DNA from: Cyanophyceae cyanobacterium
GTDB taxonomy: Bacteria > Cyanobacteriota > Cyanobacteriia > Cyanobacteriales > JBHJGN01
Assembly: GCA_050331735.1 (NCBI GenBank)
Contig: JBHJGN010000028.1
Location: 1 to 51,668, forward strand
Direction of reading: 5' to 3'
Length of the DNA: 51,668 nt
The notes under the pieces are model-generated. The model made no database searches, had not been told where the DNA came from, and saw only the letters and a list, made by a program, of their open reading frames with translations. The position numbers were made by a program, and so were the translations under genes. Shown here in pieces: positions 11,501 to 19,966 of this stretch. Numbering within the stretch: position 1 is the stretch's first letter; each line of letters opens with the position of its first letter.

Positions 11501-11781
11501 ACTAGCTCAACGCTAACGGTAGAAAACCCGACCCGCGAATCGGATTCTATCGTTTTAACCTCTTCAATCTCGGCAATTTCGCCTTCTAAAACTTCCGTCA
11601 CCAGGGCTTCTACTCGTTCGGCATTCGCACCCGGAAAAGCCGTCTTAACCACCGCCGTCCGCGAAATTAATTCGGGGTCTTCCTGTCGGGGTAGAGTTTG
11701 ATATGAGAATGCTCCCCAGGAAACTATCAATACAAAGGACAGGATTAGTAAACGGGTGTTGCGATAGAAGGATTTAATCAT
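8593..11781 (-). CDS. RND efflux transporter permease subunit (AcrB/AcrD/AcrF family)
   Basis: 1062 aa; LPRQEDP, GANAERVE, ALGLLIDNAIIVVD, GIAINDTVIVL, TTVTTIAGFIPL. Confidence 0.95.
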   Translation of the reverse strand: MIKSFYRNTRLLILSFVLIVSWGAFSYQTLPRQEDPELISRTAVVKTAFPGANAERVEALVTEVLEGEIAEIEEVKTIESDSRVGFSTVSVELVDVVENAQPIWSKVRDRMDDAAALLPPGAGVPELDEAKIKAYTAIASLTWEQPSEPNYPVLRRYAEQLEVAMRGVEGTEEVEIFGDPNEEITVEIEAAELVAVGLSPQELAEQVNLSDAKVSAGQYRSDRKNIAIEVDSELKTIERIRQIPIQTSSGQFTRLSDLASVSRGIQLPPTDLALVSGKPAMVVGVLMKSGLRIDQWAKEVKAEIADFEKSLPQGVSLELIFDQSEYVDERIGSLLSNLVVGALLVVAVSLVSMGWRSALVVGIALPLTTFMVFGWMTILNIPIQQMSVTGLIIALGLLIDNAIIVVDEIQMEMEHGEKPLKALTKTVNYLKVPLFASTLTTVLTFLPIFLLPGAPGEFVGSIALSVIMALISSLALSLSIIASLAARMLARSRNQAEQLERQDTRSQDIPRQIQRFLIKPGAWWHEGLTSPRLARPYRRSLKFAASKPLLAIALTFCIPLIGFIGATTLEDQFFPLVSRDQFQIEVEFASSTAISETQSKMLQARETILANPKIREVHWFMGESAPKFYYNFTGSRENQSHYAQAMVQLNTDTELSTLVQELQNDLDAQFPSARILVRQLQQGPPYDAPIEMRIFGPNLEELRGLGMEARAILATVPDVIHVRDDLTEALPKLGLSVDEEQAQQAGLTNTAIARQLAAYLEGAIGGSILEATENLPVRVRISNTARADLSQIASLNLSVNGPETSDFRSTSALGEFELVPELANIARYNEQRVNTVQGYITAGVLPSVVLNNFQERLAAENFQLPPGYRYEWGGEQAESTRARSDLAQYVPLLLVVMIAALVLSLGSFRQAGIVGAVAVGCIGTALFSLKVAGAPLGFMAIVGTMGLVGIAINDTVIVLSALNEHPQARVGNRQAIETVVVKATRHVLTTTVTTIAGFIPLLASGGPFWRPLAIAIAGGISGSSILALYFVPAVYSIIKRGNQNQSEKRSELADEKRTYQEV

Positions 11782-11789
11782 GTCAGTGG

Positions 11790-13187
11790 TTAGTAGTTAG
11801 TGGTTAATTGCTGATTATCACGACTCGCTACTTTTACTCGTTGTCCTGGTACTAAACGATGCGTCCCGTTAGCGACAATCTCATCCCCTGGCTGTAATGT
11901 GCCGCTGACTAAAGCGCGATCGCCTTGTTGATGGATAATTTCTACGGCTTGTTGCTGTACCTGCTGCGTCCCGCCATTGGACTGAGTAATGACATAGCAA
12001 GTCCACAAGCCTCTAATGCCTTTAGCTAAAGCATCTGCCGGTAGCCAGTAGCCATCCGTATCAATTTCATTGACTAGCTCTAGCCTCACGGTTTGACCGG
12101 GATTAATTTGAGGGATGGCAGAGCGACCTAATTGAAATACCACGATTTGGGTACGAGTGTTTAAATTCACCTCCGGTAGAATGGAAGCGACTGTCGCTTT
12201 GTATGTTTGCGAGCCGAGTTTGAGAGTTTGAGAACTCCCAATTTCTAAGCCTGCAACGATCCGAGTCGGCATCCCGATTCGGGCTTCGGGCGCGGCATTT
12301 TCGAGCAGGCGAATAACAGACTGACTCGCATTGGCAACTGCTCCTTCATCTAGTTCTCGCGCTGCTACGATGCCGTCGAACGGAGCTTTAAGGGTACTTT
12401 TATCAATCGTGATATCGAGGTCTGCAATCCTGGCTGCTAGCTGCTGTACCGTTGCTTCCTGGGCTGCAATCTGTTCCCAGCGCGTCCCGTTTGCTAGTTC
12501 TGCTAGGTTGCTTTTGGCCCGATTTAACCGCGCCTGTAGCGTCCCTTCCTGATACGCATATTCATCTAGTTCTTCTCTAGAAATGGCTCCTTCGTTATAT
12601 AAAAACTCTCGCCTTTCTCTTTGCCGTTCCTGGAGTTTTAGCTGCTGTTCGATTTCTTTGACTTCTGCTTTAGCGGCATTAATATCTTCAGGACGCGCCC
12701 CCCGTTCCAATTCCGCTAACTGGGCTTCGGCGCGAGCTTTTTCCGCTAGTAGCTGCTGCCGTTGGGTTTGCAGGTTGCGAATATCCAATTTAGCTAATGG
12801 CTGTCCTGCGGTAACGTGATCGCCTTCTTCAACTAAAACCACCTCTATTTCGCCACTGCGGGAGAAGCCCAAATTACTGGTTCTCATCGCAGCAATTTCT
12901 CCGGTATAGGTCCGAGACACTTGATAGGAATCAACGGGCTGTACCGTAATCGTCTCTACGGGTAAAGCTCTTGTTTGTGACTCGGCGGGCGGGCTGTCAG
13001 CAGAGGAAGTAAAGTGCGGTCGGGCCCAGAAAAATGTCAGCCCTACTCCCCCAATTCCTAACACGAGAGAGACGAACTGACCCCATTTTCGACGAGGGCG
13101 ATCTAACTTAAGCTCAGGCGCAGGGCGATCGCGGAACTCTGAGAGTTGATGGTTGTCTTCTTGGTGCGATAGAGGATCGGTAGTCAT
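11790..13187 (-). CDS. RND periplasmic adaptor (membrane fusion) subunit
   Basis: Single TM; lipoyl halves LVEEGDHVTAGQPLAKLD and LKAPFDGIV around a long coiled coil; directly upstream of the permease. Confidence 0.95.
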   Translation of the reverse strand: MTTDPLSHQEDNHQLSEFRDRPAPELKLDRPRRKWGQFVSLVLGIGGVGLTFFWARPHFTSSADSPPAESQTRALPVETITVQPVDSYQVSRTYTGEIAAMRTSNLGFSRSGEIEVVLVEEGDHVTAGQPLAKLDIRNLQTQRQQLLAEKARAEAQLAELERGARPEDINAAKAEVKEIEQQLKLQERQRERREFLYNEGAISREELDEYAYQEGTLQARLNRAKSNLAELANGTRWEQIAAQEATVQQLAARIADLDITIDKSTLKAPFDGIVAARELDEGAVANASQSVIRLLENAAPEARIGMPTRIVAGLEIGSSQTLKLGSQTYKATVASILPEVNLNTRTQIVVFQLGRSAIPQINPGQTVRLELVNEIDTDGYWLPADALAKGIRGLWTCYVITQSNGGTQQVQQQAVEIIHQQGDRALVSGTLQPGDEIVANGTHRLVPGQRVKVASRDNQQLTTNY

Positions 13188-13200
13188 AGCCTAAATTTAA

Positions 13201-13218
13201 ATCAAACGAACGTTCCAA
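13201..13218. promoter_or_regulatory. Candidate TetR (PsrA-like) operator 1
   Basis: atCAAACgaaCGTTccaa, matching ttCAAAC-N3-CGTTTGaa, 13 bp upstream of the adaptor ATG. Confidence 0.5.
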
Positions 13219-13332
13219 AAGAGTTGGGGCTAACAGGCTGGCGGCCAGCTTGGATTTAGCTTTAAGTTTTTTGCAGGGCTGCGTCAATCCCAAAATGTCC
13301 AAGCGAATACTATATTTCTTTGCCTGAACTTA

Positions 13333-13350
13333 TTAAAACAAACGTATGAA
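13333..13350. promoter_or_regulatory. Candidate TetR operator 2
   Basis: ttaAAACaaaCGTaTGaa, two mismatches to the same consensus. Confidence 0.5.
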
Positions 13351-13986
13351 TTAGGATCAACCCGCCTAGACTTTTATCTATCCAGCGGCAGATCTACAGT
13401 CTCTATCTCTATCGAGCGGTTCTCTGAGAGGAGCTTTTTATCAGGATTCTGTTGGAAAAAATTGATAAACTGCATATTTTGGCAATTTTTCCTGAAATTA
13501 ATAAGTTTTTCATTAGCAATATTGCGTTTACTCAATCCGGTTTATCTTGCCAATAGTTCCGCTGCTGTCGACAATTCTTGCTATTTTGCGCTCTGCTTTG
13601 CTCTATGAGCGGCGAAAGCTCTTTACTAACGGAGCTTTTAGTTATTTCATTGACATGATGAGGGCAATATGAACGTTTGTATAATATTGGGTAAGGGCAA
13701 GGTTGCATGAGGATGGTCCCCCTCGACTCTGGCATGTCAACAGGTGTTTCAAGCTCAGAGGAATAGAACGCGCTGCTCAATCCAGGTAGTCCATTGGGTG
13801 GCAAATGTGTAGGTACGACTCCCAGAGAGTATCGTCAAGGGGTGTAGTCCTCAATTCTCCGATGATGAGGATTTTGTCAAAAAAACTGCGCTCAGACTCT
13901 AAAACTACAATTAAAGGTTGAAGATTGAGGCTTTGAATGTTGAGATATTCTCGATATGGCTCAAGGATTGTCTATCTTCAATGCAG

Positions 13987-14004
13987 TTCGTACATTCGTT
14001 TGAA
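13987..14004. promoter_or_regulatory. Candidate TetR operator 3 (autoregulatory)
   Basis: ttCgtACattCGTTTGaa, ending 1 nt before the tetR ATG at 14006. Confidence 0.55.
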
Positions 14005-14005
14005 C

Positions 14006-14677
14006 ATGACCTCGAGTTCTTCTCCTGATACTAAAGAACAGATTCTAGACGTTGCCGAACGGCTATTTGCTGAGAATGGTTTTGCCGGAACGTCTTTGCG
14101 TAGCATTATTGGTGAAGCCGAAGTGAATCTATCCGCCGTGAACTATCATTTCGGTTCCAAAGAAGAATTATTTCGTGCAGTCGTAGCGCGTATTGCCAAA
14201 CCAGTCGTTGAAGGTCAACTCAAAAAACTAGCACAGTGCGAAGCTAATAATGATTGTCCAAGCGTTGAAGAAATACTAGAAGCCTTTTTAACTCCTCCTT
14301 TGGAAGTGATTTTAAACAGTGGCGATCGCCCTGACGACACAGCTATCTCTAGTGGAGACGCTACGCGAAAGCAAAGCAGCATTTATTGCGCTCGTTTTAT
14401 GGGGCGCTGTCGCACTGAACCCGATTCGATACGAGCTCTTGCCGAGAAAGAATTTCAGAGGAGCAGCAGAGCTTATTTAGATGTCCTTGGACGGGCATTA
14501 CCCAATTTTTCTCGTACCGAACTGACCTGGAAGCTCGATTTGGCGATCGCGGTTCTCCTGCGCGTATTAGTTGAAGCCAACAAACCAAACGCCTTAATTC
14601 AAGATACGTCCCCCGAACATATTAAAGCTACAGCGACAAAGTTGGTCGATTTTTTGGCTCCGGGTTTGCGTTCTTGA
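14006..14677 (+). CDS. TetR/AcrR family regulator (PsrA-like)
   Basis: TKEQILDVAERLFAENGFAGTSLRSI..AEVNLSAVNYHFGSKEELF HTH; divergent from the RND operon; start moved to ATG 14006. Confidence 0.93.
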   Translation: MTSSSSPDTKEQILDVAERLFAENGFAGTSLRSIIGEAEVNLSAVNYHFGSKEELFRAVVARIAKPVVEGQLKKLAQCEANNDCPSVEEILEAFLTPPLEVILNSGDRPDDTAISSGDATRKQSSIYCARFMGRCRTEPDSIRALAEKEFQRSSRAYLDVLGRALPNFSRTELTWKLDLAIAVLLRVLVEANKPNALIQDTSPEHIKATATKLVDFLAPGLRS

Positions 14678-14830
14678 GTTAGCATCGGTCTGGTATGCGG
14701 TCCTCGCCTGATTCTCAGAAGTCCAAGCTCAACCGCTGACTCCTGAATTTTTAGGGCTCGCTTTACATTTCTTAAAAATCTATCTTTGTAGATATGGCTT
14801 GTTTGTTTTGTTCAGATTTAGGATGAGATG

Positions 14831-14981
14831 ATACCAATTAGAAAAAGTAATAGGAGACTCGATGAGTTGGGGGAAAGGGCAAGGGGTCAAGGGGAAAGGG
14901 AAGCACAGCAGCTCTTTGCCCTTGAACCTCCAATGCTTGGTGAGTTTAAGGAACTATCTGACTACTTTCGGTAAATGAGAT
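14831..14981 (+). mobile_element. ~150 bp MITE, copy A
   Basis: ATACCAATTAGAAAAAG...CTATCTGACTACTTTCGGTAAATGAGAT; colinear with copies at 23209, 37797 and 41861; internal GGGGAAA heptamers. Confidence 0.85.
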
Positions 14982-15102
14982 GACTTACTAAACGACCCTC
15001 ATAAGCTGTAGCAGCGATCGCCCTTTCCAGCCGCTTTTACAAACCTTTTAAAGAGGATGTGGTGTGTCATTACTCAGCTCTAGCCTTTACTATCTGATAC
15101 AA

Positions 15103-16140
15103 ATGAGGACTTTTGTGAAGCAAAACCTTTTTCCTCGTCTTGCCGAGTTTTGGAACAGCCACAGTGGCGATTGGCACTGGCTCATCGAAAACCCCAGACC
15201 CATTGCCAGCATCAATCGTCATCTCTGGCGGTTATCGGTACCGTCCTTTAGCTTTTACTTCTTGCAGACTCTCTCCGCCATCATTGCGACTTTAGGACTC
15301 CTCGCCGATAGCGTCGCGATTATTATTGGGGCCATGATTATTGCTCCCCTGATGGGTCCAATTATCGGCATCGCGTACTCAATGGTTGTTGCCAACCGCC
15401 GCCTTCTGCGTCGCTCAATTTTAACGCTGCTTAAAGGAGTTATTCTCACCGTTGTCACGGCTTTTTTAACGGCTACTCTAATTGGGCTGAGAGCCCCTAA
15501 TTCAGAAATTTTGGCCCGGGCTAACCCGACTCTGATTGATTTAGGAGTTGCTCTGGCTGCTGGCGCTGCTGGCGCTTTTGCTAACTCTCGTCGCAGCATT
15601 GCTGAAGCTTTACCCGGGGTGGCCATTGCTGTTGCCCTTGCTCCCCCCTTAAGCGTTGTCGGTATTGGTCTTTCTATCGGCGAAGAAAGGCTCTATCTGG
15701 GCGCACTGTTGCTGTTTGCTACCAACCTCGTCGGGATTATTTTCAGCGGTGGACTGGTATTTCTGCTGCATCGATACGGCAACGTCGAGCGAGCGAAAAA
15801 AGGGTTATTAATTTCGGTTGTGGCTCTGTGCCTATTGGGTTTACCGTTAGGATTTTCCCTCAACAAAATTCTTGTCAAAGAAAATGTTCGCCGTCACGTT
15901 GGCGAGCTAATTCGCTATCAATCTGCTACTTTTTCTCGCACCGAGATTATGGGAGTTAGTGTTGAGCCTCAAGGACAAACCATTTCAGTCGAGCTAGAAG
16001 TTGCTGCTCCTTTAGACTCAATTTCTGATGAAGATATTAAGAAAGCGAGAGACTTCTTGGTTAAAGAGCTAGATAAATCGATAAGTCTGAAAGTACAGGT
16101 CTTTCCGGTGAAGACTCTAGAAGTTCCTTCTGCTCCTTGA
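15103..16140 (+). CDS. DUF389 (TIGR00341-like) membrane protein
   Basis: IATLGLLADSVAIIIGAMIIAPLMGPI, EILARANPTLIDLGVALAAG, LPGVAIAVALAPPL; start uncertain (15064 or 15103). Confidence 0.9.
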   Translation: MRTFVKQNLFPRLAEFWNSHSGDWHWLIENPRPIASINRHLWRLSVPSFSFYFLQTLSAIIATLGLLADSVAIIIGAMIIAPLMGPIIGIAYSMVVANRRLLRRSILTLLKGVILTVVTAFLTATLIGLRAPNSEILARANPTLIDLGVALAAGAAGAFANSRRSIAEALPGVAIAVALAPPLSVVGIGLSIGEERLYLGALLLFATNLVGIIFSGGLVFLLHRYGNVERAKKGLLISVVALCLLGLPLGFSLNKILVKENVRRHVGELIRYQSATFSRTEIMGVSVEPQGQTISVELEVAAPLDSISDEDIKKARDFLVKELDKSISLKVQVFPVKTLEVPSAP

Positions 16141-16329
16141 ACCCTGAGAATCTAATTTATGTTTTGTTGATTTTTTTCTCCTTTTTAGATTCAGCAAGAT
16201 GGGGCTAGATTCCTTTATTTCTCCAGCATGATGAATTTATTGCTGAGCCTATCTACAGTAGTAGTAGGCTCGTTCATTTAGCAACGCATAAGACGAGCTT
16301 TATCATCGATAGCAATCGAGGAAACCAAC

Positions 16330-17112
16330 ATGACTAGTCTAGAAAAAGACAAAATTAAAGAAGATATCAAAGCCATTAAAGAAGAAGGCAAGCTCCGGGT
16401 AGAAAGAATTAGAGAAATTGTTAAATCTGCGGTCTTCCACGCTACGTTAGAACTGAAAGAAGGGTCTCAAGAAATACGCTCGGTGGTAAAAGATGCCATC
16501 GCTACGGTTATTGAAGTGCTGCAAGAAAGAGGGCAAACCGTTAAAGAAGAAGTGACCGCCTCAGTCGAAGGAGCCGTGGAAGGAATTAGCAGCACTAGAC
16601 GACAGGCGATCGCCGAAGCGCAAGAGAAGGTTAAACAGCTTCAGGAGCAAATCGAATCGGAGGAACAGGAAATGACGGAGCAGGTCGATCTCGTCCTCAC
16701 GGACGTTCAGGATACCGCCCAGGATAAATCCACAGATATTAAAGCAGCCGTGGAATCAGCGGCCAGCAATATCAAGAATAGCGAAGAGGTCGCTCTGTTG
16801 CAAAAGCGATACGCCCAGCTCAAAGCTCAGCTCGCGATTGTTCAGGCTAACCTAGCGGGTCGCTACGGAGAACGGTTTGAGGATATTCAACAATACCTCA
16901 ACGATGCTAAGGTCTGGTACGACAAGGCCAAAGAAGATCCAGAAGTGTTTACAGAACCAGCCCAGCAAAAGCGGCAAGAGTTTGAGAACAAGCTTGGCGA
17001 AGCGGGAACTGCCGTGGCACGCAAAGAAAGACAGGTCAAGCAGGTCTTAAAAGAGCTATGGACATCGATGACGGAGCTATTTAGCGAAAAAGAATCTCCT
17101 AGACATAAATAA
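16330..17112 (+). CDS. Hypothetical coiled-coil protein
   Basis: 260 aa, E/K/Q/A-rich and helical, GAGGA RBS; no catalytic motif seen. Confidence 0.8.
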   Translation: MTSLEKDKIKEDIKAIKEEGKLRVERIREIVKSAVFHATLELKEGSQEIRSVVKDAIATVIEVLQERGQTVKEEVTASVEGAVEGISSTRRQAIAEAQEKVKQLQEQIESEEQEMTEQVDLVLTDVQDTAQDKSTDIKAAVESAASNIKNSEEVALLQKRYAQLKAQLAIVQANLAGRYGERFEDIQQYLNDAKVWYDKAKEDPEVFTEPAQQKRQEFENKLGEAGTAVARKERQVKQVLKELWTSMTELFSEKESPRHK

Positions 17113-17143
17113 TCTAGGAGAATGGCGAGCGTTGAACAAATAT

Positions 17144-17332
17144 TTAGTAAGCTTCACGTTCGCCTGCTTTTTCTGCCTCTTTGGTAATAATCCAAACGGC
17201 ATGGATCGAGCCAGGAAGCCAGCCAAGAAGAGTGAGCAAGATATTAATTAGGAAGGCAGTACTAACACCTGTGGTGAGAAAAACGCCTAAGGGAGGCAGC
17301 AAAATACCGAGTAAAATTCTAAGTAATCTCAT
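17144..17332 (-). CDS. YqaE/Pmp3 family small membrane protein
   Basis: ILLPPLGVFL...INILLTLLGWLPGSIHAVWII signature. Confidence 0.92.
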   Translation of the reverse strand: MRLLRILLGILLPPLGVFLTTGVSTAFLINILLTLLGWLPGSIHAVWIITKEAEKAGEREAY

Positions 17333-17556
17333 CTGTTGTACTCGTTTAATCTAAGGTTTAACTTACCCTATAATCTTTGCAAACTTTAGGCTTGTTGAGC
17401 TTCCATCTCAAGAATGATAAACAGTAAATTTTTATTGCAACTTTAGGTGAATATACTGACATATCTATCTTTATAGTGATGAAGAAAACCCCCGAGTAGA
17501 TAAAAAATGAAGATAACTATCAGCCTATATTAACACCCCATAAGAAAGGAGTAATT

Positions 17557-17949
17557 ATGCTCAGTTCACTACTATCTCTCATTGCGACGGCTCTTAGCCT
17601 ATTAGTGGTAGATATTCTATTTAAAGGCGTTTCCATTGCTAGTTTTCCGGTCGCTCTCATCGCCGGACTAGCCATTGGTGCTGTGAATGCGTTTATCAAG
17701 CCCGTCATTTCTACTCTGTCTTTACCGCTGAACTTTCTTAGCCTAGGAGCTTTCTCGTTAGTAATTAACGGATTGTGCTTTTGGCTGGCTTCTGTTCTGG
17801 TTCCCGGATTTCAGGTTAGTGGCTTACTCGCCTTTATCCTCGGGCCTGTCATTCTCTCGGCGGCTAATACTCTAATCGGCAACTACATTGGCGAAAAGTA
17901 TCCGCAGATTACCGGAAGCGACTCTCCTCAAATCTCCCCGGAAAAGTAG
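17557..17949 (+). CDS. Phage-holin-family (YvlD/DUF360-like) 4-TM membrane protein
   Basis: GAVNAFIKPVISTLSLPLNFLSLGAFSLVING motif; AAGGAG RBS. Confidence 0.88.
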   Translation: MLSSLLSLIATALSLLVVDILFKGVSIASFPVALIAGLAIGAVNAFIKPVISTLSLPLNFLSLGAFSLVINGLCFWLASVLVPGFQVSGLLAFILGPVILSAANTLIGNYIGEKYPQITGSDSPQISPEK

Positions 17950-17968
17950 AATATAGTGACTAGAACGG

Positions 17969-18000
17969 ACAGGAGCGATCGGGTGATTGATCGCTCCTGT
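17969..18000 (+). terminator. Hairpin, probable terminator
   Basis: 12-bp perfect stem acaggagcgatc-gggtgatt-gatcgctcctgt followed by tgttgt. Confidence 0.6.
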
Positions 18001-18083
18001 TGTTGTATGAGATTTAACAAATGCTCAGCGGCGATCGCACTGTGCGGCTCGCCGCCCATTCAACCATTGTGCGGACTCCCAAG

Positions 18084-19586
18084 GTGAACGCTTACATCCA
18101 AACAATTCTCCGCAACACCGGGCGATTGCTGCATATTCCGAGCGTCATGGCCCTGCTGACCCTACCCATTTGTCTCATATTTCAGGAATACGGCAATATT
18201 TTGCCATTCTTGCTGACATCAGGAGTGGCTTTTGCCGTTGGTCAGCTACTCTTTCGTCTCTTCCGTCGGCGAACCGACGTATACCTCCGCGAAGCGATGC
18301 TGATTGTTGCCATTAGTTGGGCAGCCATTCCGCTGGTTAGTGCGCTGCCTTTTGTGCTGATAGCTTCCCAGTCAGAACCGCCCCTCACCCCCCTTTCCCT
18401 ACTGGACTTTCAGAATCCGCTCAACGCTATTTTTGAATCCATGTCTGGATTTACCAGTACCGGACTTTCCATGGCCACTTCTCCAAGTAACCTGCCCCAC
18501 AGTTTGCAGTGGTGGCGATCGTTTATGGAGTGGGTAGGCGGCGTTGGGATCGCAATCCTGATACTTTCGATCCTTGAACCGACCATAGACGAAGATAAAC
18601 TATATTCTGCTGAAGGGCGCAGCAAAAAAATCGGCGACACGATTAAGGGAACAGTACAGCGAATCTGGAAAATTTATCTCCTCTATACAGCTCTCGGTAT
18701 TTTGCTACTGCGCGTCGCCGGGATGCCTTGGTGGGATTCGATCAATCACGCCATGGCCGCTATTGCTACCGGAGGATTCTCGATTAAAGACGACAGTATT
18801 GGGAGCTACAGCCCCCTCATTCAGCTTGCTGTCATTCCGATCATGATTGCCGGGGCGATTAGTTTTTACACCCACTATTATTTTCTTAGGCGTCGTCGTC
18901 TTTCGGCCCTATGGATAGATACCCAACATCGGTTTCTGTGGGCGTTGTTAGCAGCAGGAACGCTGATTTTGGCCGTGGAAAATTACTGGTTCGAGGGATC
19001 GTTTCTGTGGCTAGATTCGGTGTTTCAGTGGGTGTCAGCCTTGGGAACGTGCGGGTACAACACCGTCACAATTCAGGACTGGAGTGCGGTCGTAAAAGTC
19101 TGGCTTTGTTTTGCTCTCATCGTCGGTGCAGCAGCGGGTTCTACAGTCGGCGGCATTAAGATGAGCCGATTGGCGGCCCTGTGCAAAGGAGTTTTATGGC
19201 GATTTAAGCGAATTGTGCGACAGCCGCAAGCACCAATCCGCTACCGCATTGACAGCCAAGAATTGTCAGAACAAGAGGCCAATGACCGAGTCCGAGGCGC
19301 GTCAGTGCTATCTCTACTGTGGCTTGCGATGCTGTTTTTGGGAACAGTCATTTTGCTCCACGTCGTCTCTCCTCAATATTCCACCGTCGATGTATTTTTT
19401 GAAGCCGCTTCAGCGTTAGGAGGAGTTGGGTTATCAACCGGCATTACTGGCCCAGACCTCCATTGGCTGGGCAAGGTTATGTTAACTGTTTATATGTGGA
19501 TGGGAAGATTGGAAATTATTCCGGTGCTGATTTTGCTCTCCACTTTACTGCAAGGCTTCGAGCCAGTAAAATCTACTCAAGAATAG
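18084..19586 (+). CDS. trkH: TrkH family potassium uptake protein
   Basis: Four pore loops: FESMSGFTSTG, AIATGGFS, SALGTCG, SALGGVGLSTG; MWMGRLEI; start GTG 18084 or ATG 18021. Confidence 0.9.
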   Translation: MNAYIQTILRNTGRLLHIPSVMALLTLPICLIFQEYGNILPFLLTSGVAFAVGQLLFRLFRRRTDVYLREAMLIVAISWAAIPLVSALPFVLIASQSEPPLTPLSLLDFQNPLNAIFESMSGFTSTGLSMATSPSNLPHSLQWWRSFMEWVGGVGIAILILSILEPTIDEDKLYSAEGRSKKIGDTIKGTVQRIWKIYLLYTALGILLLRVAGMPWWDSINHAMAAIATGGFSIKDDSIGSYSPLIQLAVIPIMIAGAISFYTHYYFLRRRRLSALWIDTQHRFLWALLAAGTLILAVENYWFEGSFLWLDSVFQWVSALGTCGYNTVTIQDWSAVVKVWLCFALIVGAAAGSTVGGIKMSRLAALCKGVLWRFKRIVRQPQAPIRYRIDSQELSEQEANDRVRGASVLSLLWLAMLFLGTVILLHVVSPQYSTVDVFFEAASALGGVGLSTGITGPDLHWLGKVMLTVYMWMGRLEIIPVLILLSTLLQGFEPVKSTQE

Positions 19587-19966
19587 CGCTCTCAGCAACT
19601 CAACGTTTTCCGAGCGCTCACGACAAACAACTAATATTGAATCCGTTTATCGCGGTTCTCACTTTAATAAGGTACAGTCTTACATCCCAGTTTTTTGTTG
19701 ATTGTTCGTCTTCGCATACTTCCTTACAATCTGTAAATTATTGATTTTTCTTTCCTTAGATATAGCTGAAGGCGCTTCAACCCTGTAAGCTTTCAGGTAA
19801 TTCTCAGGCTTAAGATGGATGTTTCTCGGTTTCGTACCGAGGAAACTAATAGTTCATACCTGAGTTAATTAGACTACAAACTCCGCCCTTCATTAGCATT
19901 GGGCAAAAAGATTTACAGACGTGTCGTATCCAGTGGGGAATTATCGTGATGGGACTAGGTATCCCG

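Noticed and set aside
13532..13804. 90-aa ORF and TTGACA/TATAAT pair in the RND-tetR spacer
   Set aside because: No recognisable protein features; hexamers at 13650 and 13680 are 24 bp apart, too far for a sigma70 promoter
17557..17949. Prophage implied by the holin-family gene
   Set aside because: This family is commonly chromosomal; no phage structural, lysin or integrase genes nearby
17950..18083. c-di-AMP (ydaO) riboswitch before trkH
   Set aside because: Conserved ydaO sequence blocks are not visible; only simple hairpins
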